A stretch of DNA of 64,000 bases from a virus: IMG/VR virus record IMGVR_UViG_3300036770_008028, positions 64,001 to 128,000 of that record. One strand, 5' to 3'. Shown here in pieces: positions 40,193-50,188 of this stretch. The notes beneath the pieces are model-generated. The model was given only the letters and a program-made list of their open reading frames with translations, ran no database searches and was not told where the DNA came from. Each line of letters starts with the position of its first letter. Within the stretch, counting starts at the first letter, position 1. A program made the position numbers and the translations under genes.

Positions 40193-42023
40193 GTTTGACG
40201 TTTTTTATCTAGGAAAAAAGCCAGGATTGTTTGCCCACGAGCGCGAGGCAGATAGCATTGAGCATGCCATGAGCCTGAGTCGTACTCGATATTGCTGGGT
40301 CGTAAATTACTTAGCGGATTACACTGGTTGGGATTTCCTTTGGGAACCCCCTCCCTGGCAGGCTCATCAGCGTCATGCCTGGGCGAGCCAATGGCAGCGA
40401 GATTCGGGAACTTATCTCGTGCCCCAATCTGGGTATATTGACACTAATTATCATGATCGTCCCCAGATCACTATGACAGCCGACATGGATCTCTGGCAGA
40501 ACATCGACAGTGTGGCAGAGTTTGATTTTTCCTGGCATCCAGATTACACAGATCCAGTATTCAATTACGAATTTGGTACTCAATGGCAAAAAACTGGGGG
40601 TCCTCGATATCCCATGCCAGGCGCAGCGGAGACCAAATACGTGAGCCAAAGTGGCAGCACAGTACGAGCCGTGGCACAGCATGTCTATGTGATCGATCAC
40701 ATGGACGCACATGCACAGATCACAGCGGGCGAAGTTCCGATGACCGTGGTCAAGACTGTGAGATTTTTTGACAACTACAAGGATACATTGACTAGACTAG
40801 CCAATTCTGTGCCTGCGGATCAAGAATTCATCTGGATCGTGAGCAGTGTGTGTGATTATCAAGATTTTGATTTCACTTGGCATCCAGAAGCCTGGCAGAA
40901 CCACATGTTGCATGTTTTTGCTTCCGGAGATCAAAAGTTCGGTGATACCTTTTTCATGCATGTTCCCACTTTCAGATCCAAGATCTCGGAGTTCGAACTG
41001 CTGGATTGGTATGATCTCAATTTCGTTTCCGGTATCCGGGTACCTCGACGGCCAATGCCGGTAGTACTGCACAGCGGAGATTCTCAAGTCGATGCTGTGA
41101 GGACACAGGACTGGCCGGGCCCATTGGCATTGTTTACTGTCAAAGACTCGGTCAGTGATGCCATGACCACTGTTCCATTATGGAGAGAAAAGACTCGTAC
41201 CATAGTGCCTCTCAGCAATGGAGCCGGTTCAGTGATCGTGCCGAAATCAGCGGTGTCTTATATCAAGACTCAGTTATATGATTATCCATATATCGATCGT
41301 GATCATAGGATGTTGAAAGATGATCCATCGGATGTGGTTTTTATCAGCAATGGGGAATATGGCGCAGAGCATCATTGGGACGTTTTAAACCAGTCAGTTT
41401 CAAAACACAACAACAGAGTGTGCCGTGTCGATGGAGTAAATGGCAGGGTGGCTGCTTATCAGGCCGCGGCCAAAGCCAGCCACACTGATTGGTTTTTTGC
41501 TGTGTTTGCCAAACTACAGGTCAATGAAGACTTTGATTGGTCATGGCAGCCCGATCGTATGCAACAGGCCAAGCACTATATCTTCCATGCCTATAATCCT
41601 GTGAATCATCTCACCTACGGTCACCAGGCCATGATCGCCTACAATCGTAGATTGGTCTTGGACAACACCGGACACGGCCTGGACTTTACCCTAGATGATG
41701 CACACGAAGTGGTGCCCGTGGTATCAGGAACCGCATACTATGACAACGATCCCTGGACCTGCTGGCGCACTGCTTTCCGAGAGTGTATCAAATTACGGCA
41801 CAGTCTTCCAGATGTTGAAAATGACTATAGATTACAACAATGGTTATCGGTTGGGGAAGGTGCAAATGGACACTGGTCGACCACAGGTGCCAATGACGCT
41901 GTGAATTACTACGATTCAGTGGGAGGCGATTTTGACCAACTCCGAAAGAGTTATGAATGGGCATGGTTGGCTTCATATGCCATGATGCTTCATCCCGAAC
42001 TGGTCACGCAGTCTCGTACCTGA
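40191..42023 (+). CDS. Multi-domain glycosyltransferase-like protein, 610 aa
   Basis: Repeated (F/W)DF(S/T/L)W(H/E/Q)P units; C-terminal domain is homologous to 22150-23076 (RVDGVNG..AAYQAAA; WRTAFRECIKL). Confidence 0.55.
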   Translation: MFDVFYLGKKPGLFAHEREADSIEHAMSLSRTRYCWVVNYLADYTGWDFLWEPPPWQAHQRHAWASQWQRDSGTYLVPQSGYIDTNYHDRPQITMTADMDLWQNIDSVAEFDFSWHPDYTDPVFNYEFGTQWQKTGGPRYPMPGAAETKYVSQSGSTVRAVAQHVYVIDHMDAHAQITAGEVPMTVVKTVRFFDNYKDTLTRLANSVPADQEFIWIVSSVCDYQDFDFTWHPEAWQNHMLHVFASGDQKFGDTFFMHVPTFRSKISEFELLDWYDLNFVSGIRVPRRPMPVVLHSGDSQVDAVRTQDWPGPLALFTVKDSVSDAMTTVPLWREKTRTIVPLSNGAGSVIVPKSAVSYIKTQLYDYPYIDRDHRMLKDDPSDVVFISNGEYGAEHHWDVLNQSVSKHNNRVCRVDGVNGRVAAYQAAAKASHTDWFFAVFAKLQVNEDFDWSWQPDRMQQAKHYIFHAYNPVNHLTYGHQAMIAYNRRLVLDNTGHGLDFTLDDAHEVVPVVSGTAYYDNDPWTCWRTAFRECIKLRHSLPDVENDYRLQQWLSVGEGANGHWSTTGANDAVNYYDSVGGDFDQLRKSYEWAWLASYAMMLHPELVTQSRT

Positions 42024-43096
42024 TCCGCGATGTACTCCACTTGCAGATCCGTAAGTTCGGGATAGATAGGTAGGCTCAACACTCTACGACACAACGCAGA
42101 TGCTGAACTAAGGAATGAAGGTCCTGGCCATTGCCGATAGATGTCGATCTCGTGCAAAGGCTGGGCGTAATGTACCTTGGTCTCGATGCCACGTATAGCG
42201 AGATTTTTTTGTAGGATATCACGACCTTCTACATCGATCACGAATTTATGGAATGAATGATCATGCCAATTCTCGCGTGTGGTCAGACAGCGCACAGCAC
42301 TTGCTCCTAATTTATCCATCCAAAACTGGGCTATCTCGGCCCTGCGTTTCTGCCAATCATCAAGATAACGAGTCTTTACCAAAAGTCCTGCACAGTCGAT
42401 TTCACTCATGCGGCTATTGGTTCCAACATCATGATGGTTGGGCTTGCCGTTGTTACGCCGTGACTGTGCGTAGCGATAAAGATCGGGATCATTGGTCACA
42501 ACAGCACCACCGTTGCCGTAGGCAGCCAGATTTTTCATGGGATCAAAACTGATAGCGGCAGCCTGACCGATGCGCACAGCGCCGCCAGCCAGCCAGTGTT
42601 GAGCAGCATCTTCTATTACAAGACCATCATGGAGCACTGTATGGCGCCATATTTTGGTATCCCCGATGTGCGTGATTGATGCTCCGTAGAGACCCACCAA
42701 CACCATGGCCTGATAGCTCACGTCCGGTATTGATCGCATGTCAAAGATGCCCGAGGCATCTACATCAACAAAATGAACGTCCCACCCTGCACGCATGAAT
42801 GCATTGGCAGTGGCCACATAGGTCACAGCCGGTATCAGCACAGTGGGAGGATTGGGTGCGCTATTCCGAGTGGCATAGTAGGTGGCAATGATTTCCAAAG
42901 CCTGTGTACCAGAATGGCAGGTCACTGCATATTTGCTGCCATTGCGTCGTGCCAGCCAGTTTTCGAACTCTGCTGTGAAATTGCCATCCATAAGATTGCC
43001 CGATCTCAGCACCTCATCTGTGGCATCTAGGATCTCAGATCTGAGATTGCTATACTGTTTTTGGAGCCCAGTAAACGGAATCTTTAAACCAAGCAT
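41990..43096 (-). CDS. DegT/DnrJ/EryC1/StrS family PLP sugar aminotransferase
   Basis: SGTQALE, TYVATANA, IEDAAQ, SFDPMKNL (PLP Lys), GGAVVT, LSLPIYP. Confidence 0.9.
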   Translation of the reverse strand: MLGLKIPFTGLQKQYSNLRSEILDATDEVLRSGNLMDGNFTAEFENWLARRNGSKYAVTCHSGTQALEIIATYYATRNSAPNPPTVLIPAVTYVATANAFMRAGWDVHFVDVDASGIFDMRSIPDVSYQAMVLVGLYGASITHIGDTKIWRHTVLHDGLVIEDAAQHWLAGGAVRIGQAAAISFDPMKNLAAYGNGGAVVTNDPDLYRYAQSRRNNGKPNHHDVGTNSRMSEIDCAGLLVKTRYLDDWQKRRAEIAQFWMDKLGASAVRCLTTRENWHDHSFHKFVIDVEGRDILQKNLAIRGIETKVHYAQPLHEIDIYRQWPGPSFLSSASALCRRVLSLPIYPELTDLQVEYIADQVRDCVTSSG

Positions 43097-44036
43097 GATA
43101 TCTCTGGAATCCTTCTTCAATGTCCACCTTGGGGTCAAAGCCAAAATCCCTGCGAGCCCGATCGATGTTCAGAGCGCCGCGGCTGGGGAAATCCGCGTCT
43201 TTGTCACGTACTTCTACGGTGCCACGGCCTGCTATCTTCACAGCAAGATTGGCTGCATCCAGCAGGCTCCATGAATGGCTTTTGGTTATGTTATAGGTTT
43301 GATTTCTCACTGTGGGACTCACGGCAGCAGCCACGATACCATCAGCGGCATCTTCTACATAGGTAAAATCCAAGGTCTCAGAGGCACCATTGACTTTGAG
43401 TGTTCCGCCGCGCATGGCAGTGAGCAAGAATTTAGAGATCACTCGATCTTCTACATCAAGTTCACCATATACCGCACTGGGACGGATGATCACATGATCG
43501 AACAGACCGCGCCGTGTGTAATCGCGCACCAACCATTCTCCGGCCAATTTCATGATACCGTACTGTCCTTGTGGCCGGCATTCAGCATCTTCTCGCACAT
43601 CGTCAGTGAAGTCACCATAGACCATACTGGACGAGATATAGATGAATCGACTTACATGGTGTTTTTTAGATTCTTCTAAGAGATTCAACAGACCTTCACT
43701 CATGGCGCGGCTGCCAATCATGGGATTCACGTTGACCACTTTCTGTCTAGGAAAACTGGCCATGTGTATCACCATATCGGGCCGATATTGGCGCATCATC
43801 CAATTGATACCGTCATTGTCAGCGATATCGATCTTGTGCGTTTGCAGTCCGACCTCTGGGATCTTCTTGCGCCGTTCGGCCATGAGATAGTCTAATTCAT
43901 CTTGGGGGACCAAACCGTAGTTTGTGCGTGTGTCGGCGATCGAGACATCGTGCCCTAGGTCCAACAATCTACGCACTACATTGTGTCCAATAAGACCCAG
44001 CCCACCGGTGACTAGGATTTTTCTTTTTATTTCCAT
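43050..44036 (-). CDS. NAD-dependent NDP-sugar epimerase/dehydratase (extended SDR)
   Basis: ILVTGGLGLIG, SSSMVYG, YGIMK (YxxxK), DFTYVED. Confidence 0.9.
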   Translation of the reverse strand: MEIKRKILVTGGLGLIGHNVVRRLLDLGHDVSIADTRTNYGLVPQDELDYLMAERRKKIPEVGLQTHKIDIADNDGINWMMRQYRPDMVIHMASFPRQKVVNVNPMIGSRAMSEGLLNLLEESKKHHVSRFIYISSSMVYGDFTDDVREDAECRPQGQYGIMKLAGEWLVRDYTRRGLFDHVIIRPSAVYGELDVEDRVISKFLLTAMRGGTLKVNGASETLDFTYVEDAADGIVAAAVSPTVRNQTYNITKSHSWSLLDAANLAVKIAGRGTVEVRDKDADFPSRGALNIDRARRDFGFDPKVDIEEGFQRYHAWFKDSVYWAPKTV

Positions 44037-44263
44037 TTTAAAAAATACTCCGTGGCTTGTTTTTCTTCCAACGATCCTCTTATGGTGATTTTGTGACCGA
44101 ACGTGCTAGGATCTGCAGATGTGTGGTACGCTAAGTCTCGGGCATTTTCCATCACCCACTTGCCCTTTTCAGTCTGTTGCCATTGATAGATTGGTTCGGC
44201 CACATAGACATCAACATCGTCAACATCGCCCATGATAAAAGAGTGGAAAGTTATGCTGATCAC
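44027..44263 (-). CDS. Hypothetical protein, 78 aa
   Basis: Fills the gap, overlaps the epimerase start; ends YFLKWK. Confidence 0.6.
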   Translation of the reverse strand: MISITFHSFIMGDVDDVDVYVAEPIYQWQQTEKGKWVMENARDLAYHTSADPSTFGHKITIRGSLEEKQATEYFLKWK

Positions 44264-44281
44264 TGTGACATTATAACAGGG

Positions 44282-44974
44282 CTAGGCTGATTGATCTACG
44301 AAGTCTGACGACATTGGAAAGATTTTTGCGATCACTTCAGCACAGGCCCTGGCCACAGCCTGATGCTCTCGTTGTGTACCGTTGGCACTCCTGAGCTCGA
44401 TGAAATGCACCCATGATCGCAAGGTACCGTTCATGTATAGCCGGCTTTCGGTAAGACCCTCGGGCAACACAGCACGGGCCTGCTCTTTGGCTATGCCATT
44501 ACTGATAGCCCAGATGTAGGCATATCGTGCTGATCGTATGACTTGATCTTGCTTTTCCTGCCAAAGTCGTGCGAGTTCTCGATCATCTGGATCGCTGAGG
44601 TTGAGTTCTGTGGAGTTCTGTCTGTTTTTTGTATCTTGCAGTCGTGCATCTCTACGAACAAACGCGAGATCTTCAACAGGGTTAGCATATCGCTGGCTGA
44701 ACTCTTGAAATGAGAATGATCGGTGTCTGAGGATCTGTCGGGCGATGTCTCGGGTGGTTCGGATTTCAAGACAAGCTGACACCATTTCGAGTGGCGACCA
44801 GTGTTGGTGCCGGACCAAGTATCGGATGAGTGTCTCGGACGTCTCTGTGTTGAATTGATTGGCGGGATTGGACACACGGGCGCAATACGCGATGAGTTCT
44901 TGCGCATCCGAGATGCCCAGATCTCGGAATTCGCCTGTGGGTTGACTGTGGGATACCAAGCGAACATGCATCAC
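44282..44974 (-). CDS. thyX: Flavin-dependent thymidylate synthase
   Basis: ARVS, HWSPLE, RQILRHRSFSFQEFSQRY signature, EQARAVLP, QREH. Confidence 0.95.
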   Translation of the reverse strand: MMHVRLVSHSQPTGEFRDLGISDAQELIAYCARVSNPANQFNTETSETLIRYLVRHQHWSPLEMVSACLEIRTTRDIARQILRHRSFSFQEFSQRYANPVEDLAFVRRDARLQDTKNRQNSTELNLSDPDDRELARLWQEKQDQVIRSARYAYIWAISNGIAKEQARAVLPEGLTESRLYMNGTLRSWVHFIELRSANGTQREHQAVARACAEVIAKIFPMSSDFVDQSA

Positions 44975-45273
44975 ATACCCTTCAAAAGTTTGTCTGTTTC
45001 GGGCTGGATAATGCCAGCCACTGCCTCTACATCCAGCACCAATTCCATGCTCACGATTTCTTCTTCATTGTTGTTGATGAAGTTGGTGACGGCCTGTTCT
45101 ATGGATTCGTCGTCAATGCCCTGCTTTCGCAGGGTACGCAAATTGATAGATTTTTGTCTCCGATCGCGTGTTTTAAAGACTACTTTTTTAACGCACGAGA
45201 TGGGACAGTGATCTTTTTCTACGTCATTGACGATGCGTTCCCATTTGTCTAAAAAGTCGCTATCAAGCCGCAT
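44971..45273 (-). CDS. Hypothetical protein, 100 aa
   Basis: Overlapping, operon-like arrangement. Confidence 0.65.
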   Translation of the reverse strand: MRLDSDFLDKWERIVNDVEKDHCPISCVKKVVFKTRDRRQKSINLRTLRKQGIDDESIEQAVTNFINNNEEEIVSMELVLDVEAVAGIIQPETDKLLKGM

Positions 45274-45952
45274 CAGCAGTCTTGGCCTTCTTGGGGCGGC
45301 CTGCTTTGCCGGTAGTTACTTTCTCTGGCACAGCGCCAGACATAGCAGAAGCTTCTTTCATCAAGCGTTGGCTTTCTGCCAGGAGTCCCTGTGCTTCTCT
45401 ATGCATGCGTTCTGCTTGTTGGCGGAAGTTTTCGGCCAAGGACATGTCATCCAGCGCACGAGCCGCATCACTGCCGGCCACTGCCGCACCACGAGTATTC
45501 TCCGCAGGAGCACCCACTTCACGCCCAAAATCATCGCGAGGTTTCACTTTGCCTGTCATACCACGATTGGCATCAAGATCTGCCAGGCGCTTCACGGCAT
45601 CTTCGCCCATCTTCATTTCGCGGATGATAGAATTCATTTCTTCGAGATTGACATGACTAGTTGCATTGGGAGTGACCACTACCTGCTTGGTCTGCACTTT
45701 TTTGATCATGCCTTCGCTGTGTAAGGTCTGCAGGATGGGTCTACCATCGGGCAACAGACTGCGGAATAGGGCATCTCCGAGATTTTCTGCGGTTTGCCCT
45801 ACATCTGACTCGATCACTTTCATGATGCTGTCATGCATACTGACCGGAAGGGTTTCGGGATAGATAACCAGGCACATGTGTTCCTCGCCCGGCACTTCTC
45901 TGAATACGATGGCGACCTTGCGATCTCCGTGTTTACCGATGTGTTTGATCAT
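45263..45952 (-). CDS. Hypothetical protein, 229 aa
   Basis: SD GGAG; coiled-coil C-terminus with basic GRPKK tail. Confidence 0.7.
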   Translation of the reverse strand: MIKHIGKHGDRKVAIVFREVPGEEHMCLVIYPETLPVSMHDSIMKVIESDVGQTAENLGDALFRSLLPDGRPILQTLHSEGMIKKVQTKQVVVTPNATSHVNLEEMNSIIREMKMGEDAVKRLADLDANRGMTGKVKPRDDFGREVGAPAENTRGAAVAGSDAARALDDMSLAENFRQQAERMHREAQGLLAESQRLMKEASAMSGAVPEKVTTGKAGRPKKAKTADAA

Positions 45953-46152
45953 TTTACTTCTCCTTGTGTATTTGCGTTGGCTTCGGCCTCGGCGACTACT
46001 GCGGTCAAAAATGCAGTTAATTTTTCGTAGGTTTCGCCCACGGTTTTCATCTCCGACGCCCGGAATGCACCACGTTCGCAGGCCAGATCGATGATGTTCT
46101 TGATCACGGCAAGATCGGTGATTGACAGTGGGGTCAAGGTTTGATTTTCCAT
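45949..46152 (-). CDS. Hypothetical protein, 67 aa
   Basis: TAAATA immediately upstream; ATGA overlap downstream. Confidence 0.6.
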   Translation of the reverse strand: MENQTLTPLSITDLAVIKNIIDLACERGAFRASEMKTVGETYEKLTAFLTAVVAEAEANANTQGEVK

Positions 46153-46169
46153 GCTGATATTTACGTCAT

Positions 46170-46204
46170 AAAAAAACCCTACTAACGGAAATCAGCAGGG
46201 TTTT
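46170..46204 (-). terminator. Rho-independent terminator after the VWA gene
   Basis: Minus strand ACCCTGCTGA-TTTCCG-TTAGTAGGGT followed by a T run. Confidence 0.7.
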
Positions 46205-46221
46205 GGGGGATTTTGGATGAA

Positions 46222-47511
46222 TCAGTCTTGATCGTCTCCGTACTCTGCCCACACACCAAATGGTGGGCTTGGGTTTTTGTTACCATGTATGATCCATACT
46301 GTATCGCAATAATTCTCATCGCCCCAGGATCCAAATGGGTACCCATCTGTGAACACCACCAATTTCCGAGGTTCGATCTCTTCGGCTTTCATGAAGTTGA
46401 AGATCGCTTCGAAATCAGTACCACCACCGCCTTGCACGTCGTACTCTCCGATGTCTTCGAGATTGTCCGACGTGTAAACCTGGGGATTGTAGCACTGGGT
46501 ATCGAAAGTAAACACATGGATACGATAGGAATCAAAACTCTCCATGATACCTTGTATCTCGCTCAAGAAGTCTCGCGCCTGCTTGTCCGAAATGGATCCG
46601 GAAGTATCGATGGCCACAGCGATGTCGATGGCATCGGTGGTCTTCATGCCTGGCATCACTGCATCTACGTGCCAACCTTTGCGACTTGAACGCAACCAGG
46701 TAAAGTCAGACTTGATGGTGCTCTCCAGTTGCATGCGGAGCAGTTCACGCCAGTTCATCTTGGGTTCAGTGAGTTGCTGGATCAGACGCTTTACACCTAG
46801 GGGCAAGTTACCGGCGTCGCAGGTCTGTGCGGCACTGAGCATGGCTTCTTTGATCTCGTCTTTGATCTTGTCACGCTCTTCCTGACTTAACTTGGGTCGA
46901 CCCTTGCCTTCTTTTCCATCTTGGCCGGAACCTCCACTTTCGCCTTCGCCGTCCAAGTGCTCGTCAATCACACGATCCAGTAGATCATTGATGGAGATTT
47001 TTTCTGCATTCTCATACAGTTCGTCGTAAATCTCTTCGGAACTCTTGCCTTCGTATTTGGAATCGTAGAGACAGGGCACCGAAGTGATGAACTCGCCCAC
47101 GCGATGTTTTTTCAAGTCACCGTTGACACAGAAGTCATTGGCGATGTTCCAGAGCTGGGGATCACGATTGCCTCGGCGACCAAAATGATCATACACACAA
47201 TGGAGCACTTCATGCCCAAACAAGAATTCAATTTCTTTTGGCTTCAGCATCTTGATGAAGCGGCTGTTGTAATAGAAATTCCTACCATCCGTGGCAGCGG
47301 TGGCGCACCATTCATCGGCATTGACCAGTTTGAGCCGTGTGGCCAGATTGCCAAAAAACGAAGCACGGAGCAACATGCCCACACGGGCAGTGACCAGCAG
47401 TTCGCGTACCTCTCGATCCAGTTTGGGATCCATGGGACCGATGAGATTGGCAAAACGCTTGGCATCGTCCTTGTTGACAGTATCCGTGGCAGTGGCATGT
47501 AAAACAGTCAT
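46222..47511 (-). CDS. HExxH metallopeptidase-like + VWA-like domain protein (DUF2201 type)
   Basis: TAATDG, HEVLH, WNIAND; MIDAS DTSGS; GGGGTDF; FTDGY. SD AAGGAG before ATG 47511. Confidence 0.85.
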   Translation of the reverse strand: MTVLHATATDTVNKDDAKRFANLIGPMDPKLDREVRELLVTARVGMLLRASFFGNLATRLKLVNADEWCATAATDGRNFYYNSRFIKMLKPKEIEFLFGHEVLHCVYDHFGRRGNRDPQLWNIANDFCVNGDLKKHRVGEFITSVPCLYDSKYEGKSSEEIYDELYENAEKISINDLLDRVIDEHLDGEGESGGSGQDGKEGKGRPKLSQEERDKIKDEIKEAMLSAAQTCDAGNLPLGVKRLIQQLTEPKMNWRELLRMQLESTIKSDFTWLRSSRKGWHVDAVMPGMKTTDAIDIAVAIDTSGSISDKQARDFLSEIQGIMESFDSYRIHVFTFDTQCYNPQVYTSDNLEDIGEYDVQGGGGTDFEAIFNFMKAEEIEPRKLVVFTDGYPFGSWGDENYCDTVWIIHGNKNPSPPFGVWAEYGDDQD

Positions 47512-47536
47512 ATCGGCTCCTTTAAGCATTTCTACT

Positions 47537-47565
47537 ATTATATATGAATGGTATTTTTCGGTCAA
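47537..47565 (-). promoter_or_regulatory. Sigma70-type (early) promoter
   Basis: TTGACC-N17-TATAAT upstream of the VWA gene. Confidence 0.75.
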
Positions 47566-47620
47566 CCTTGCAGCATGAGAAATTTTGCAGGCCATGACAT
47601 GGTCATCAAATACATAAAGC

Positions 47621-48775
47621 ATGATCACAGTGGAAAATTTGTATTGGGTGTTATTTGAGCAGTTGCTCAAGCCAGTAGGGCTTGATTGTTTTTATTACTA
47701 CCCTTTTGGAACCCAAAACAATCTCAGCAGGACGAACGAGTTCATAGTTCCGAGGTGTTTTAAAGAGCAACATCATGTGCTGTTTCATTTTGATCAAGAG
47801 CCATTGTGGCAAAACAATCTGGGATATCTTTATGATAAATTGGGCTACGAAGCATGGTCTCAAAAACTGATGAGAGTGTTGGCCAACAGCGAACATTCGC
47901 AGATTAAAAAAGACATCTGTCGAGATCGTGGTCATCTGGATTGGTATTTTTTCTTCCATGGATTTGCGGCACTGGCATGGTACAATGACAGCCAGTTCAT
48001 CCTAGATCAAGAACCGATCTCCAAGGTATTTCTCTCATTGAATCATTTAATCAGAGATAAAAGATCGTATCGTATCGCCCTGCTGGCCAGACTGGCGCAC
48101 CGAAAGATACTGCATCATGGAGCCATCAGTTTTCATGCCACCAGGTCCGAAGTTGATCTAGAGGCTGCTCAAGAGCACAGCCTACTGACCGATAAAGATA
48201 GGTCCATGCTGACAGATCTGCCCGATCTCCCCATGATATTGGATCCAGTTGAACCCAGCGGATCGATGAGCGCACAATTTGGTCATGCTGAATACAAAAT
48301 GTGGCAGAGTGCTTTTGTGCATTTGGTGAATGAAACGGTGTTTTATGAGCCCAAACTTCACCTAACAGAAAAAATCTTCAAACCCATAACCTGTCTAAGA
48401 CCTTTTGTGTTGGCGGCTGCGCCCGGAAATTTGGCCTATCTTCGCAGTTATGGGTTTTTGACATTTTCTGACTGGATCGACGAGTCCTATGATCAGGAAA
48501 CAGATCATGACAAACGACTCGACATGATCGCCGATGAATTGCAAAAACTCTGTTCACTGTCAATACCACAGTTGCAACGCATGTTGGATGATATGATGCC
48601 GATCTTGCAGCACAACAAGCAACATCTGTTTACAAATTTCCGACGCATCATAGTTAACGAACTGGTGGACAATTTTGACGCCTGTGTTCGGATCTGGAAC
48701 AATGGCCGGGTAGACGGCAGGCAGCGGCCTTGTATTCCCGATGTCGACTCGGTCAAACGATTGCTCCTGGCATAA
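47621..48775 (+). CDS. GT10-like 'TEK' family protein, paralogue 4
   Basis: LVNET...HLTEKIFKP...PFVLAA...YGFLTF...DESYD. Closest to paralogue 3 (DQEP, FFHG.AAL.WY). Confidence 0.5.
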   Translation: MITVENLYWVLFEQLLKPVGLDCFYYYPFGTQNNLSRTNEFIVPRCFKEQHHVLFHFDQEPLWQNNLGYLYDKLGYEAWSQKLMRVLANSEHSQIKKDICRDRGHLDWYFFFHGFAALAWYNDSQFILDQEPISKVFLSLNHLIRDKRSYRIALLARLAHRKILHHGAISFHATRSEVDLEAAQEHSLLTDKDRSMLTDLPDLPMILDPVEPSGSMSAQFGHAEYKMWQSAFVHLVNETVFYEPKLHLTEKIFKPITCLRPFVLAAAPGNLAYLRSYGFLTFSDWIDESYDQETDHDKRLDMIADELQKLCSLSIPQLQRMLDDMMPILQHNKQHLFTNFRRIIVNELVDNFDACVRIWNNGRVDGRQRPCIPDVDSVKRLLLA

Positions 48776-49015
48776 TTATCTTTGATATTTGAGACCAAAA
48801 ATCATGGCATCATGTGGGTCGCGGAAATGGAAATCAATGATCCAGACGTTGCCTTGGGTATCCGGCGTCGATGCTGTGACGAATTGCCATCTTCGGTTCT
48901 TTCCGGGATAACCAAAATCTGATGCGACTTTTGCAAGTAAATCTTTTACTTCGCCGTGGCTGTATGGTCTGAACTCGATACGCACCACAGATGTAGGGAG
49001 GGCAGGATCCGACAT
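48776..49015 (-). CDS. Hypothetical protein, 79 aa
   Basis: Fills the gap; ends [14 protein letters not shown]. Confidence 0.5.
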   Translation of the reverse strand: MSDPALPTSVVRIEFRPYSHGEVKDLLAKVASDFGYPGKNRRWQFVTASTPDTQGNVWIIDFHFRDPHDAMIFGLKYQR

Positions 49016-49058
49016 AGCCCTATGTCCGCTTGCGCGATGGACCCTGCCCTATTGACAC

Positions 49059-50150
49059 TTACGAGTTGGCCTGCAGGATGTACTTGCCGTAACGCTGATG
49101 GAACTCGTCAAAATTCTTGAGCTTGGTGGGCTGGAATGGCAGGTTGTAGGTTGTGAGCGCGATGCGAGCACCCATCACCACCAGCTCGGTCTCGAAGTTC
49201 TTCATCATGTAGCCGAAGAAATTATCCGCCATGGCATGGAACTCTTTGTCTGTGACCTTGCGGACCTCCAAGGCATCTTTGAGTTCATAGCACAATGAAA
49301 TCACCAGGCTGTACATGGCCGAAACTTCTTTGACCTGCAGTTCTTTTTCTTTGCCCGACAGAATGTCTTCTGGCTGTGGCAGTTTGCCGGAGATCTTGCG
49401 ATGTGCCTGGAATTTCACTGCCAAGCCCTCGCCCACTGTACCAGCGATCAAGTCAGTGGCCGAAGCATCATCGAGGTCCTCGTCCTCTAGCAGTTCGCTC
49501 ACAAAGGTCCATGAACGTGGTGTAGCGAATGCACGGCTGGACGATTTAGCATCGAAGTCGTAGAGGTCCTGCTTGGCGAAACTCAAGTATCCGACCACGT
49601 CTTTGTGGATGCCGTTGAGCACAGCCCACTCTTGCCAGACTGCAAAGTCAGGACGCATCTCCACATGGACGAAACGATTGGCCAAGGGCGTGGGCATGCG
49701 ATAGGTAACACCCTTGTCAGATTCACGGTTGCCCGCGGCGATCATCACAACATTGTCGGGCATGCGGTATTTGCCGATGCGTCGGTTCAGCACCAACTGA
49801 TAGGCCGCGGCCTGTACCGCAGGTGCCGCCGAGTTCATCTCGTCCATGAACAACACCACCACAGGATACTGGCTGGCCAGTTCATCGTCGGGCAAGTCGA
49901 TGGGCGGCGCCCAGTCCATCTTGCCTAACTCTTTGTTGAAGAACGGAATACCACGGATGTCGGTTGGGTCCATCTGTCCCAGGCGCAGATCGATCATGAA
50001 GCCGCCCAGTTCCTGGGTGATATCGGCCACTACCTCGCTCTTGCCGATACCGGGAGGCCCCCACAGGAACATGGGTCGTTTTTTGTTGAAACACTTTTTG
50101 ATTGCTCGGCGGGCACCAATCGCAGTAACGGTGCGGGTTTCTACGGACAC
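49059..50150 (-). CDS. MoxR/dynein-related AAA+ ATPase
   Basis: Walker A GPPGIGKS, Walker B LFMDE, AAGNR, LANRF, TPRSW. GTG start after SD AAGGA. Confidence 0.9.
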   Translation of the reverse strand: MSVETRTVTAIGARRAIKKCFNKKRPMFLWGPPGIGKSEVVADITQELGGFMIDLRLGQMDPTDIRGIPFFNKELGKMDWAPPIDLPDDELASQYPVVVLFMDEMNSAAPAVQAAAYQLVLNRRIGKYRMPDNVVMIAAGNRESDKGVTYRMPTPLANRFVHVEMRPDFAVWQEWAVLNGIHKDVVGYLSFAKQDLYDFDAKSSSRAFATPRSWTFVSELLEDEDLDDASATDLIAGTVGEGLAVKFQAHRKISGKLPQPEDILSGKEKELQVKEVSAMYSLVISLCYELKDALEVRKVTDKEFHAMADNFFGYMMKNFETELVVMGARIALTTYNLPFQPTKLKNFDEFHQRYGKYILQANS

Positions 50151-50188
50151 AGGGCTTTTCCTTTCGATCGTTGACTTACTGTACAATC

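Noticed and set aside
47512-47670. Extended N-terminus of the VWA protein (and similarly long starts at 29918, 32410, 38022, 43144, 50186, 55219)
   Set aside because: Downstream starts have SD sequences, promoters or stop/start overlaps; the extensions overlap neighbouring genes or promoters.
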